A program made the translations under genes and the position numbers. Source: a virus. Taken from it: a DNA stretch of 64,000 nucleotides. The first letter of the stretch is position 1; every line of letters begins with the position of its first letter. The notes under the pieces are model-generated. The model saw nothing but the letters and a program-made list of their open reading frames with translations, searched no databases and had not been told where the DNA came from. The stretch is from positions 1-64,000 of IMG/VR virus record IMGVR_UViG_3300009008_000024; one strand, given 5' to 3'. Shown here one piece after another: positions 19,234-28,156 of this stretch.

Positions 19234-22101
19234 ATGTCAGTTAATAAATTTAAGTTTGTGTCCCCTGGAGTATTCGTCTCGGAGATAGACAATTCACAAT
19301 TGCCCGCGCTCCCCAGAGGGGTGGGACCAGTAATTATAGGGAGATCCATCAAGGGTCCTTCCATGCGTCCGGTTCAAATAGACTCCTTTTCTGAATTTGT
19401 TGAGACTTTCGGAGACCCTATTTATGGCGGCGGGGCATCAGACGTATGGCGTGTGGGACCGAATGTTTCAGCGCCATCTTATGCCACTTATGCAGCACAA
19501 GCTTATTTGAGAAACCAGAGTCCTCTAGTTTTCGTGAGATTGGCAGGCATCCAGGATTCAGAAGCTTCGACCAAGGCAGGCAAAGCAGGTTGGGAAGTAT
19601 CCGGATTCAATCAAACCGCAGCAACTATGGCAGCAGGTCTCGGAGGCGGCGCATTTGGGTTGTTTCTGGGGAATAGTGGATCAACTGGGCATTTTACTGG
19701 CACTCTTGCTGCAATCTTCTACGCTAGAACTGGTTCAGTCAGTCTAACAGGATCACTCCTAGATGGCACGACCGCCGAAGGAACGTGCGGGTTGTTTACA
19801 TCTTCCGTAAAAGACCAATTTACCGCAGTCGTCAAGGACGGCGACGGCGTTGTGTCCGACAAAGTAGTTTTTAATTTTGATGAAAATAGCAAACTGTTTA
19901 TTAGAAATGTTTTCAACACTAACCCGGCGCTCTGCAACAATGATACAAAGGTCAACGTAGCAGGTACCTCGAAGACATACTTTCTTGGGGAATCTTTCGA
20001 GAGGAGCGTGACGGATCTTTCTGGCGCCACTTCTGACGGGATCGGAGGGCAGGCAATCATATTGGGACTCCAATCTGGCAGTGTGGATCAGCATATCCAA
20101 CATACGCAACTTCAAGATTCTTTTACGGGATGGTTTTTCTCTCAGGACTTGGGGGATTCATCTGCATATGATGCCCTGAATATGCCAAAACTTTTTAGGT
20201 TTGTTGGTCTAGGTGGCGGAGAGTGGCAGCAGAATAATTTGAAGATTTCTATTACCAGCATCACTCCGTCAAACAACGTTGCCAATCCCTTTGGTTATTT
20301 TACCGTGGAGGTACGACAACTTGGAGATAGTGACAATAACAGAAAGCCAGTAGAAACTTTTAGTGACGTGAACTTGAATCCAAATTCGCCCAATTATATT
20401 GCGCGCCGAATAGGAGATTCATATACAGAGTGGGACGATGGAGATAAGAGATATCTCAGTTATGGGGATTATGTTAATCAGTCTCGATATATTCGGGTTG
20501 AAGTGGACTCGTCTGTGCGTGATGCTACCATGGATTCTAAACTTTTGCCATTTGGAGTATATGGTCCAACTAGGTGGAAGGGATTTACTGCTATTTCAGG
20601 CGGCGCTGGACCAGGAACGTTATCATCCACGGACGGCGTTGATTCGGGTGTGGCATACGTGATAGGAAATGACGAAGTGCCAGATAGTTTGTCTACCGCT
20701 GGAACATTTATGAACGTTGGCGCTAGCGATGTGACTGCATCGTTTGAGTTCCCAAGTGTTCCTACTAGGTTGCTTAGTAACGAAGGCATTATCACAAATC
20801 AAAAAGAAGCTTTCTTTGGCGCAACTGCCAACAAGAAATCTAGCAATCGAATTGAACCTAGCGTGAGAGACATGCTTCGAAGGAAGCCTCTAAATACAGG
20901 CGTCTTTTCAACCATTCCAGATTCACTAGAATATGCTTGGGTATTTTCTCTCGATGACTTGACAACTGGATCGACCTCTAATGGTGCAAATGCTGCATGG
21001 GTACCTGGTTCGCGCAGGACAGGTGATTCTTTCACCGCCTCTGGTTCATATCAGAGTGTGTTGACTACCTATGGATTCAACAGTTTCACCACTGTCATGA
21101 GTGAGGGGTTTGAGGGTATAAATATTCTGGAGAAAGAACCTTTCCGAAACTCCGCCATGAACGGCGTTGATGTGATTAGTAGTTACGAATATGCAACTCT
21201 AGACCGCGCCATTGATGCGGTAGCAGATGCTGATGTGGTGGAATGCAATATGATGAGCATTCCGGGTCTAACGAATACGAACCTTACGAGCAAATTGCTT
21301 GATGTGTGCGAAGCACGCGCCGATTCACTGGCGGTCATCGATTTGCCGGGTGAGTATACTCCACCAGGCGAGGATGCATCAGAGAGCGCTACAGGGCGCC
21401 TAGGCAGTGTGCAAGATACGATTGATCAACTGGAGCAAAGGAACTTGAATAACAGTTATGGGTGCACTTACTACCCATGGGTTCAGGTGACGGACACTGT
21501 TACAACGGGAGGATCCTTATGGGTACCCCCAAGTGTTGTGGCGCTTGGTACCTTGGCGAGCAGTCAGGCATCGAGCGAATTGTGGTTCGCCCCTGCCGGG
21601 TTTACTCGCGGAGGATTGACTGAAGGAAGTGCAGGTCTTCCGGTTACTAATGTTCGCGCCAGACTCAACTCTCAAGAGAGGGACGATTTGTATAACGCAA
21701 ACATCAATCCGATTGCACAATTCCCAGCGGAAGGTATAGTGATTTTTGGGCAAAAGACCCTTCAAGTTACGCGCTCTGCTCTGGATAGAATAAATGTGCG
21801 TCGTTTGATGATTTATGTGAAGCGTGAAATTTCTAGAATTTCTGCTACACTGTTGTTCGAGCAGAATGTCAATGCTACGTGGAATAGGTTCTTGGGTCAG
21901 GTCAATCCTTTCCTAGGAAGCATCCAGACGAGATTGGGGTTGACTGACTATAAGGTGGTGCTAGACCAGACCACCACAACGCCGGATCTCGTTGATAGGA
22001 ACATCTTATATGCTAAGATTTTCTTGAAACCTGCACGTGCAATTGAATTTATTGCCCTTGACTTTGTTATTACTAAGACGGGCGCAGGATTTGAGGACTA
22101 A
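19234..22101 (+). CDS. gp18: Contractile tail sheath protein
   Basis: SPGVFVSEID N-terminus; YYPWV, VPPS, WFAPAG..RG, LY..NINPI, GQKTLQ...SALDRINVRRL, KPARAIEFI. Confidence 0.95.
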   Translation: MSVNKFKFVSPGVFVSEIDNSQLPALPRGVGPVIIGRSIKGPSMRPVQIDSFSEFVETFGDPIYGGGASDVWRVGPNVSAPSYATYAAQAYLRNQSPLVFVRLAGIQDSEASTKAGKAGWEVSGFNQTAATMAAGLGGGAFGLFLGNSGSTGHFTGTLAAIFYARTGSVSLTGSLLDGTTAEGTCGLFTSSVKDQFTAVVKDGDGVVSDKVVFNFDENSKLFIRNVFNTNPALCNNDTKVNVAGTSKTYFLGESFERSVTDLSGATSDGIGGQAIILGLQSGSVDQHIQHTQLQDSFTGWFFSQDLGDSSAYDALNMPKLFRFVGLGGGEWQQNNLKISITSITPSNNVANPFGYFTVEVRQLGDSDNNRKPVETFSDVNLNPNSPNYIARRIGDSYTEWDDGDKRYLSYGDYVNQSRYIRVEVDSSVRDATMDSKLLPFGVYGPTRWKGFTAISGGAGPGTLSSTDGVDSGVAYVIGNDEVPDSLSTAGTFMNVGASDVTASFEFPSVPTRLLSNEGIITNQKEAFFGATANKKSSNRIEPSVRDMLRRKPLNTGVFSTIPDSLEYAWVFSLDDLTTGSTSNGANAAWVPGSRRTGDSFTASGSYQSVLTTYGFNSFTTVMSEGFEGINILEKEPFRNSAMNGVDVISSYEYATLDRAIDAVADADVVECNMMSIPGLTNTNLTSKLLDVCEARADSLAVIDLPGEYTPPGEDASESATGRLGSVQDTIDQLEQRNLNNSYGCTYYPWVQVTDTVTTGGSLWVPPSVVALGTLASSQASSELWFAPAGFTRGGLTEGSAGLPVTNVRARLNSQERDDLYNANINPIAQFPAEGIVIFGQKTLQVTRSALDRINVRRLMIYVKREISRISATLLFEQNVNATWNRFLGQVNPFLGSIQTRLGLTDYKVVLDQTTTTPDLVDRNILYAKIFLKPARAIEFIALDFVITKTGAGFED

Positions 22102-22115
22102 AAAATAAAAGTATT

Positions 22116-22125
22116 TACTAATTAT
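22116..22125 (+). promoter_or_regulatory. Putative late promoter (tube)
   Basis: TACTAATTAT. Confidence 0.75.
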
Positions 22126-22160
22126 AGTATAACGCTGGAGCAAAGAGGAGAAATTAAAGC

Positions 22161-22709
22161 ATGCCATTTTGGAAAGACGCACAGGTAGCAGATCCCAAGA
22201 GATCATTTAGATGGGTACTCCAATTGGGAGTCGCCGGATTGTCGGAGAATATTTCTTATATTTGTAAGAAGGTTAGTAAACCTCAGATGAATATTGCCGA
22301 AGCAGAGCATAAGTTTCTTAATCATACGTTCTACTATCCTGGCAGCGTGACTTATGAAAAGATCACAGTTGACTTGGTTGACCCAGCGAATCCTCATTCT
22401 ACCGAACAATTGTTCAAACTAATACAGGACTCTGGTTATCAGTTGCCTTCAACTATTACGGATTCTGTGGGCGCCGATACTACTATGGCGAGCACAAACA
22501 GCAAGAGGCTTAGTACTAGTGCCATGAATAACGCTGTCATTGTCATGTTAGATGGCGATGGCAATACCATCGAGCGCACTATACTTAAAAATCCATGGAT
22601 TTCCATGGTCAATTTTGGTGGTGACTTGGATTACGAGACTGAAGATCTGATGACTATCAGTCTGGAAATTAGGTTTGATTGGTTTGAATTAGAAACATTC
22701 AATCCCTAA
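22161..22709 (+). CDS. Tail tube protein (gp19-like)
   Basis: Follows the sheath; PKR.FRW, KP...I...EH, YYPG...Y..I, G.LDY.......I.L.IRFDW. Confidence 0.85.
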   Translation: MPFWKDAQVADPKRSFRWVLQLGVAGLSENISYICKKVSKPQMNIAEAEHKFLNHTFYYPGSVTYEKITVDLVDPANPHSTEQLFKLIQDSGYQLPSTITDSVGADTTMASTNSKRLSTSAMNNAVIVMLDGDGNTIERTILKNPWISMVNFGGDLDYETEDLMTISLEIRFDWFELETFNP

Positions 22710-22753
22710 TCCTCGATATTCCACTACTACAGAGAAGATAAAGAGAGGTTTTA

Positions 22754-23656
22754 ATGACAAGAAGAAATAACGAGAGTCGTCTCGGGATGCCCGCTCCAGG
22801 AGCGAAGCAACCCGAAGCAGACGTTCCGCCTGTAATTAATATGGCACAAGATTCCCCTAACCAACTATCGTATGTTGTTCCCACTGAACTGGTCGATCTA
22901 CCATCTAAAGGAAAGTTCTATCCAGAGGACAGTTCTCTTCATGGAGTATCGGAAATAGAGATGAAAGAGATGACGGCGAAGGAAGAGGATATTCTTACGA
23001 CAGAATCATACCTCAAGAAAGGCGTCCTTTTCGATAGACTTCTTCGAAGTTTGATTGTTGACAAATCTATTAAGACGGAGGAGTTGCTCGTGGGAGATAG
23101 GAACGCACTGCTAGTTGCCGCTAGAATTAGTGCCTATGGTCCCATTTATGAGACAGAAGTGACATGTCCTTTGTGTGATTTTGCACATAAGGATTATGGA
23201 TTTGACTTGGGATTGTGCCCGCCTCACGAACCCATAGATCTTGACAGTGACGAGGGCAAAGATTTATACAGTGGTGTAGAATACGGTGGCGGATCTAATT
23301 ATCTCGTAACTTTACCTAAATCGCGTGCAGTTATCGAGGTGAGATTGCTGAATGGCAAAGATGAATCTAATATAACCCGTTCCGCAGAGATGAGAAGGAA
23401 AAAGAAACTTCCGGAAAATGCTCTAACAGAGCACTTTAAGAGGGTGACCGTCTCTGTTAATGGCGTCACTGATTCTTTTGAGATTGACAATTTTATTAGG
23501 GGTATGCCAGCATCTGATTCGAGGCACTTGCGCAAGATATTCAAGAAGTTGACGCCTAATATTAATTTAACACAGGAGTTCGTCTGTGAAGATTGTGGAT
23601 ACGAACAGGACTTGGAGGTGCCCATCTCCCCTCGGTTTTTTTGGCCTGACTCCTAA
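22754..23656 (+). CDS. Tail/baseplate-hub assembly chaperone (T4 gp26-like, G-type)
   Basis: LPSKG.FY, MTAKEEDIL, GDR..LL.AARI..YG, two CxxC pairs, ends FFWP. Confidence 0.75.
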   Translation: MTRRNNESRLGMPAPGAKQPEADVPPVINMAQDSPNQLSYVVPTELVDLPSKGKFYPEDSSLHGVSEIEMKEMTAKEEDILTTESYLKKGVLFDRLLRSLIVDKSIKTEELLVGDRNALLVAARISAYGPIYETEVTCPLCDFAHKDYGFDLGLCPPHEPIDLDSDEGKDLYSGVEYGGGSNYLVTLPKSRAVIEVRLLNGKDESNITRSAEMRRKKKLPENALTEHFKRVTVSVNGVTDSFEIDNFIRGMPASDSRHLRKIFKKLTPNINLTQEFVCEDCGYEQDLEVPISPRFFWPDS

Positions 23657-23819
23657 ATATATGGAGCAAGTATATGAGCAGTTTCACTCTCTCAAGTATT
23701 ATGGTGGGTGGAGTTTGTTCGAAGCATACAACCTTCCGGTTCAACTGAGGGTTTGGTTTGCCAAGAGACTGGTCGAGCAGATGGAGATGGAGGCAGAAGC
23801 CTCCAAGGGTAGGAAGTAA
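23634..23819 (+). CDS. Second tail-assembly chaperone segment (gp51/T-like), probably reached by frameshift; own ATG at 23661 lacks an SD
   Basis: L.YYGGWS..EAYNLP..LR.WF pattern; overlaps the upstream gene at a T7 run in the +1 frame. Confidence 0.65.
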   Translation, partial: GFFGLTPKYMEQVYEQFHSLKYYGGWSLFEAYNLPVQLRVWFAKRLVEQMEMEAEASKGRK

Positions 23820-23850
23820 TAAAAGAGCACCATCGGTGCTCTTTTATTTT
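23818..23850 (+). terminator. Intrinsic (potentially bidirectional) terminator
   Basis: AATAAAAGAGCACC-atc-GGTGCTCTTTTATT perfect inverted repeat. Confidence 0.85.
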
Positions 23851-23858
23851 GATATGTA

Positions 23859-23868
23859 TACTAATTAT
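23859..23868 (+). promoter_or_regulatory. Putative late promoter (TMP/baseplate operon)
   Basis: TACTAATTAT right after a terminator. Confidence 0.75.
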
Positions 23869-23887
23869 TGGTAGCGGAGGAGTTTCA

Positions 23888-24232
23888 ATGGTTGAAAATG
23901 AGAAAGATCTTAGTCAGGTGGTGATTGACTTTTCAAAGGCACGAGATCAGGAAGGGAAATTGGATGAAGGGTGGTGGCTTATGTTCGGCGGACTACTGCG
24001 ATGGATCATGCCGTCCCTTTATAAGGGTTCTTTGTTGCCCCTGAAAGTAAAGGGAAGCGAAGCAGAGATAAAGAGTTTCGCAAATGTACTATCGAACGAG
24101 AAGAGGTACCTTACTTCTTGGAAAGAGAACGGATTAGATAGTCCATCAACATATAAAAATAAAACTTTGCTAGACAAGGCAGTTGAGAAATTTCAAAGAA
24201 CGACGGGACTAAAATGGCCCTTCAAAGGGTAA
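23888..24232 (+). CDS. Hypothetical late protein preceding the tape measure
   Basis: GGAGG SD before ATG 23888; late motif at 23859. Confidence 0.65.
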   Translation: MVENEKDLSQVVIDFSKARDQEGKLDEGWWLMFGGLLRWIMPSLYKGSLLPLKVKGSEAEIKSFANVLSNEKRYLTSWKENGLDSPSTYKNKTLLDKAVEKFQRTTGLKWPFKG

Positions 24233-24245
24233 TGTGGAATAAGTA

Positions 24246-26648
24246 ATGGCAGATTTTGACAATGAAAGATCCAGGCTACTGTCGCAGATTGAAGATCTGA
24301 AGAGTCAAATAAAAGAGATTCAGGGCGATGGCAGATTAGATGAAGCGAAACAAGAGAACGAACTTCTAAGGGAACAACTGAAACTTAGGCAACGACTTAT
24401 TGATCTAGAGGTTGAGCGCTTCAAGGAATTGAAGAAATCTGGTGTGATCGACCAACAAGCATTTGATCAGAGCATCGAAGCCGCACGTAACCAGGAGGCA
24501 TCGTATGCCAAACAGCAAGCAGCAATTGATAAACGAAGCAGGTCTATTGGTCGTGAAGCAAAAAGTCTAGAGACAACCGACGCCTTGGTGGATAGCATAG
24601 GGACAAAATTTGGATTATCCACCAGCAAGGCTGGTGGCATGTCGAAGCAAATTTTTAATGCATGGAAAGGCATGGTAAAACTTGATGGTTTTACGAAGGG
24701 TACTGCGAAGTTGTTTCGAAACTTGGCTGATAGTGTCTTGTCCGCAGTGCACCCGATGAATATTTTAGAGTCTCTCGCTAGCGCCATATGGAAAGAGTCA
24801 ATTGAATATTTTTTCAGGATAGATGAAGCAATATCGAAGATGAATGCTACTATCGCGGACGGCGGAAAGACTGCCCGCGCCGCAGGCAAAGCAGTTAGGT
24901 TCGGAATGGGCGTGGATATTGAGCAGGCAACTGCCGCCGCAGGCGGATTGGCGAGTTCTTTTACTGCATTTACCTCTATGAATGAAAAAGCTAAGACATC
25001 GCTCATAGGTATGTCCGCGGAACTAGAAAGAGTGGGTCTCGGCGCAGGCGAAAGCGGAAAGGGAATGAACTTTCTGACTAGATCGATGGGGATGACAGCG
25101 AAGAAGGGAGTTAAGGTGTGGAAGGGGTTAGCAGCATCCGCCTCCGCCTTCGGTAAGACAGTGCCAGAGATGTCGAGCGACTTTATGTCTGCCTCTAAAG
25201 TCTTGATGGCGCATGGTCCGAAAATGATATCTGTCTTTAAAGATTTGGAAGCAACTGCCATGGCAAGTGGTCTGGCGCTGGACACCCTTTTGAGTGTAGC
25301 AGGAAAGTTTGATACGTTCGATAGTGCAGCAGGCGCAGTTGGCAACCTAAACGCCCTGTTAGGAGGCGACTATTTGAATACTCTCGAAATGATGAACATG
25401 ACAGAGAACGAGAGGATAAGTGCCCTCAAGGGATCCCTTGAAATGGCAGGCAAGAATTTCGATCAAATGGAAAGGTTTGAGAGGAAGGCGATTGCGGAAC
25501 AGATGGGAATGGACGAGGCGCAATTGGCGCAAATGATGAACGCATCAGGAAAAGAAGCGCGCAAGGCACGCCGTGAAGCTAAGAAGAGGGAGAAGGATCA
25601 GAAAGCATACAATAGGATGGTCAAGTCAACGGTATCTATCACTGAAAAACTAAGAATGCTCTTTACTTCCATCTTCGCCCATACCGGACTTATGCAGATG
25701 TTTAGTAAAGCTTTCGGAGAACTCTTCAAACAATTGAGACCAGGCGCTCCTCTTGGCAAGGGCATCCGAGAGTTGACTGGATTTATAGGGGACTTGATGG
25801 CGGCGGGAATAGCAATAGGAATAAGGTGGTTTAAGAAACTTATCGGTACCGGCGGAGAGTTGACGCTGAAGATCAAAGAATGGAAAGGGAACCTAAAAGA
25901 ATTCTGGAAAGCATTCAAGAAGGGCGGTCCAGAAGCAGACGCAGCAATGGAGAAACTAAAGGGGCAAATAAAGGATACTATTCTAGAATTTACAGGAATG
26001 AAAGATGTCTTCACGGGTGAGACTGCACAAGAAAACTTCAAACTAGGGGTCAAAAAATTTGTTAAATACATAAAAGGTCCAACCTTTACTCCCGTTAGAA
26101 AGGCCATTGCCGATTTAATCATAAAACCAATTGGTCAGGCGATGTCGAACATCGGACAACACATGGCGAATCAGGACAACACATTCGGCAATATTATGAC
26201 ACGGCAGTTAGGTAACGCACTCAAGAGTGCCGGCGACGCCGCCCAAATGGAGGGCAAGAATTTTGCCAAGACGATGGACGATGGTCTCGTCGGATCGACC
26301 AAAGATGCCATCAACAAATTAGAAAGCCCCGATGTATTAAATACTGGTTCCCCTTCGAAAACATTCATAAAACTCGGAAAATCAATTAATGACGGATTCA
26401 AGATAGGGTTGAAACCAGGATCTTTTATAAAGATGTTCGACGAGTTGATAGAGTCTACTGATAGTTGGGCAGAGTCGCTCAAGGAAGTGGCAGACCAAGT
26501 TGGAGATATTGCATTTGCAACTTCTGGACAAGGTGGCAAAGGCGGAATTTCTTCCAGGGTTGTACTGGAATTAGACGGAAAAGTTTTAGCAGAATATGTA
26601 ATAGATACAGTTAACAAGAGAGCAAGGAGACTTGCCATCCCAGGATAG
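24246..26648 (+). CDS. Tape measure protein
   Basis: 800-aa Ala/Gly/Lys-rich helical protein after the tube and chaperones; C-terminal 'SPSK.F...G' and 'LELDGKVLAE' patterns. Confidence 0.85.
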   Translation: MADFDNERSRLLSQIEDLKSQIKEIQGDGRLDEAKQENELLREQLKLRQRLIDLEVERFKELKKSGVIDQQAFDQSIEAARNQEASYAKQQAAIDKRSRSIGREAKSLETTDALVDSIGTKFGLSTSKAGGMSKQIFNAWKGMVKLDGFTKGTAKLFRNLADSVLSAVHPMNILESLASAIWKESIEYFFRIDEAISKMNATIADGGKTARAAGKAVRFGMGVDIEQATAAAGGLASSFTAFTSMNEKAKTSLIGMSAELERVGLGAGESGKGMNFLTRSMGMTAKKGVKVWKGLAASASAFGKTVPEMSSDFMSASKVLMAHGPKMISVFKDLEATAMASGLALDTLLSVAGKFDTFDSAAGAVGNLNALLGGDYLNTLEMMNMTENERISALKGSLEMAGKNFDQMERFERKAIAEQMGMDEAQLAQMMNASGKEARKARREAKKREKDQKAYNRMVKSTVSITEKLRMLFTSIFAHTGLMQMFSKAFGELFKQLRPGAPLGKGIRELTGFIGDLMAAGIAIGIRWFKKLIGTGGELTLKIKEWKGNLKEFWKAFKKGGPEADAAMEKLKGQIKDTILEFTGMKDVFTGETAQENFKLGVKKFVKYIKGPTFTPVRKAIADLIIKPIGQAMSNIGQHMANQDNTFGNIMTRQLGNALKSAGDAAQMEGKNFAKTMDDGLVGSTKDAINKLESPDVLNTGSPSKTFIKLGKSINDGFKIGLKPGSFIKMFDELIESTDSWAESLKEVADQVGDIAFATSGQGGKGGISSRVVLELDGKVLAEYVIDTVNKRARRLAIPG

Positions 26649-26673
26649 GATGGGTAAGTAGGAGGAACTAGAC

Positions 26674-27786
26674 ATGGCAGGAAGCATCCAGTTAGACAGT
26701 AGCGATCTTCGAGTGGCAGATTTGGGTACAAGTACTGCTGAGGGCGAAAAGATTGAATATGAGACCAGAGAGACCTCGAAGAAGGGCGATGCAGGTCTTG
26801 TGCACGGCACCGGAGATGTCTTCAATGTCAGCAGTACCCCAGTCAGTCCCCCGAATGGACCCTATGGTAGTTACAATAGTGCAACAGACAATCTGGCAAA
26901 CAAGAAGCGGCAGTTTATCGAAATTTTGCATGTTCCAACTCAGTTAAATGTTTTCTTTAAATCTTTCGTTAATACTTTTCAGGATAGTTATAATACGGAA
27001 TACAACAAGGAATCTGTTTTTGGTAGGATGGACCCGATTGCCACATTCAAGAGAACTGGGCGCGTAATAACGCTGGCATGGTCCGTACCATCCTCTGGTC
27101 TTGAAGAAGCGAAAGAGAATCTGGCAAAGATGAATAGATTAGTTCAATTTCTATATCCAGTTTATGATACTCCGACCAACGGCGCCGGCGGAGCAACAAC
27201 TATGCGCTCTGGTCCCATTTTCAAGATTAAGATGGGCAACCTAATTATGAAGCCGGGTCATGACTCAATTGATGCACCCGCCGCCGATGCGGGACTACCC
27301 GGGATCATAGAGGGGTTTAGTTATGCGCCGAAACTAGAGCATGGTGTCTTCGATCCAGGAGTCGTTACTGGAGATGGATCGCAAGTAACGCGCGCCACCA
27401 ACAACTACAAAAGTTGGAGCAGTACCGATCCAACAAGAAGTGGCAACGTCTCTTATGATGGTTCTCTCTATCCCAAAGTGGTTGAAGCACAGATAACGTT
27501 TACGGTCCTACATGACACTCCCTTGGGTTGGGAAATGGACGGGTCGAACAATCCCAAACTTCGGAACGCAAGAGATGCTGGTGACAAGGCAACGAGATTT
27601 CCATATGGCGGAGATAATGCTCCGTTCGATCCTATAACCGGCAAACGAGTGGCGCCATATGTAGAGCAGGCTGATTGGAAATCTTACTTAGACTTGCAAA
27701 AGGATCTTATTCTCCGCCGCGTCGAGGTTCGTGCGAATAAACTTCTTCAACCCGCCAAAGATGTGAAGCAATTTTTTGGAGGATAG
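26674..27786 (+). CDS. Baseplate tail-tube initiator-like protein
   Basis: Follows the TMP; 'F.D.Y...Y....VFGRMDPI.TF..T.R.I.L.W' tube-fold pattern. Confidence 0.65.
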   Translation: MAGSIQLDSSDLRVADLGTSTAEGEKIEYETRETSKKGDAGLVHGTGDVFNVSSTPVSPPNGPYGSYNSATDNLANKKRQFIEILHVPTQLNVFFKSFVNTFQDSYNTEYNKESVFGRMDPIATFKRTGRVITLAWSVPSSGLEEAKENLAKMNRLVQFLYPVYDTPTNGAGGATTMRSGPIFKIKMGNLIMKPGHDSIDAPAADAGLPGIIEGFSYAPKLEHGVFDPGVVTGDGSQVTRATNNYKSWSSTDPTRSGNVSYDGSLYPKVVEAQITFTVLHDTPLGWEMDGSNNPKLRNARDAGDKATRFPYGGDNAPFDPITGKRVAPYVEQADWKSYLDLQKDLILRRVEVRANKLLQPAKDVKQFFGG

Positions 27787-27789
27787 TCT

Positions 27790-28134
27790 ATGACATCTAG
27801 ATATGACAATAGGAGTGCTGCGATCAACAATGCACCAATGTATCGTGCACTGCTGAAAAAGAGGGGTGTAAATTTTATACGCCAATACAAGACTCCATCT
27901 ATGTCTTTTCCTACGCCAATTGAGACTGGTAACATTAAGGAAATTGACTATACTTGGAAAGTCGGAGATCGCTTCTTCAAGTTAGCAAACCAATATTATG
28001 GTGATCCTACTTTATGGTGGATTGTTGCGTGGTATAATCAATCTCCCACAGAGTCTCATATCTCTACGGGTCAAATTATTCAAGTACCTCTCCCATTGGA
28101 CGCTGTTCTGCCTTTGTTCATGAGAGGGTCATAG
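27790..28134 (+). CDS. LysM-like baseplate wedge protein (gp53/gpX-like)
   Basis: GDRFFKLANQYYGDPTLWWIVAWYN...GQII.VP. Confidence 0.85.
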   Translation: MTSRYDNRSAAINNAPMYRALLKKRGVNFIRQYKTPSMSFPTPIETGNIKEIDYTWKVGDRFFKLANQYYGDPTLWWIVAWYNQSPTESHISTGQIIQVPLPLDAVLPLFMRGS

Positions 28135-28156
28135 GGCGCAAGGGGAGGAATAGCAA

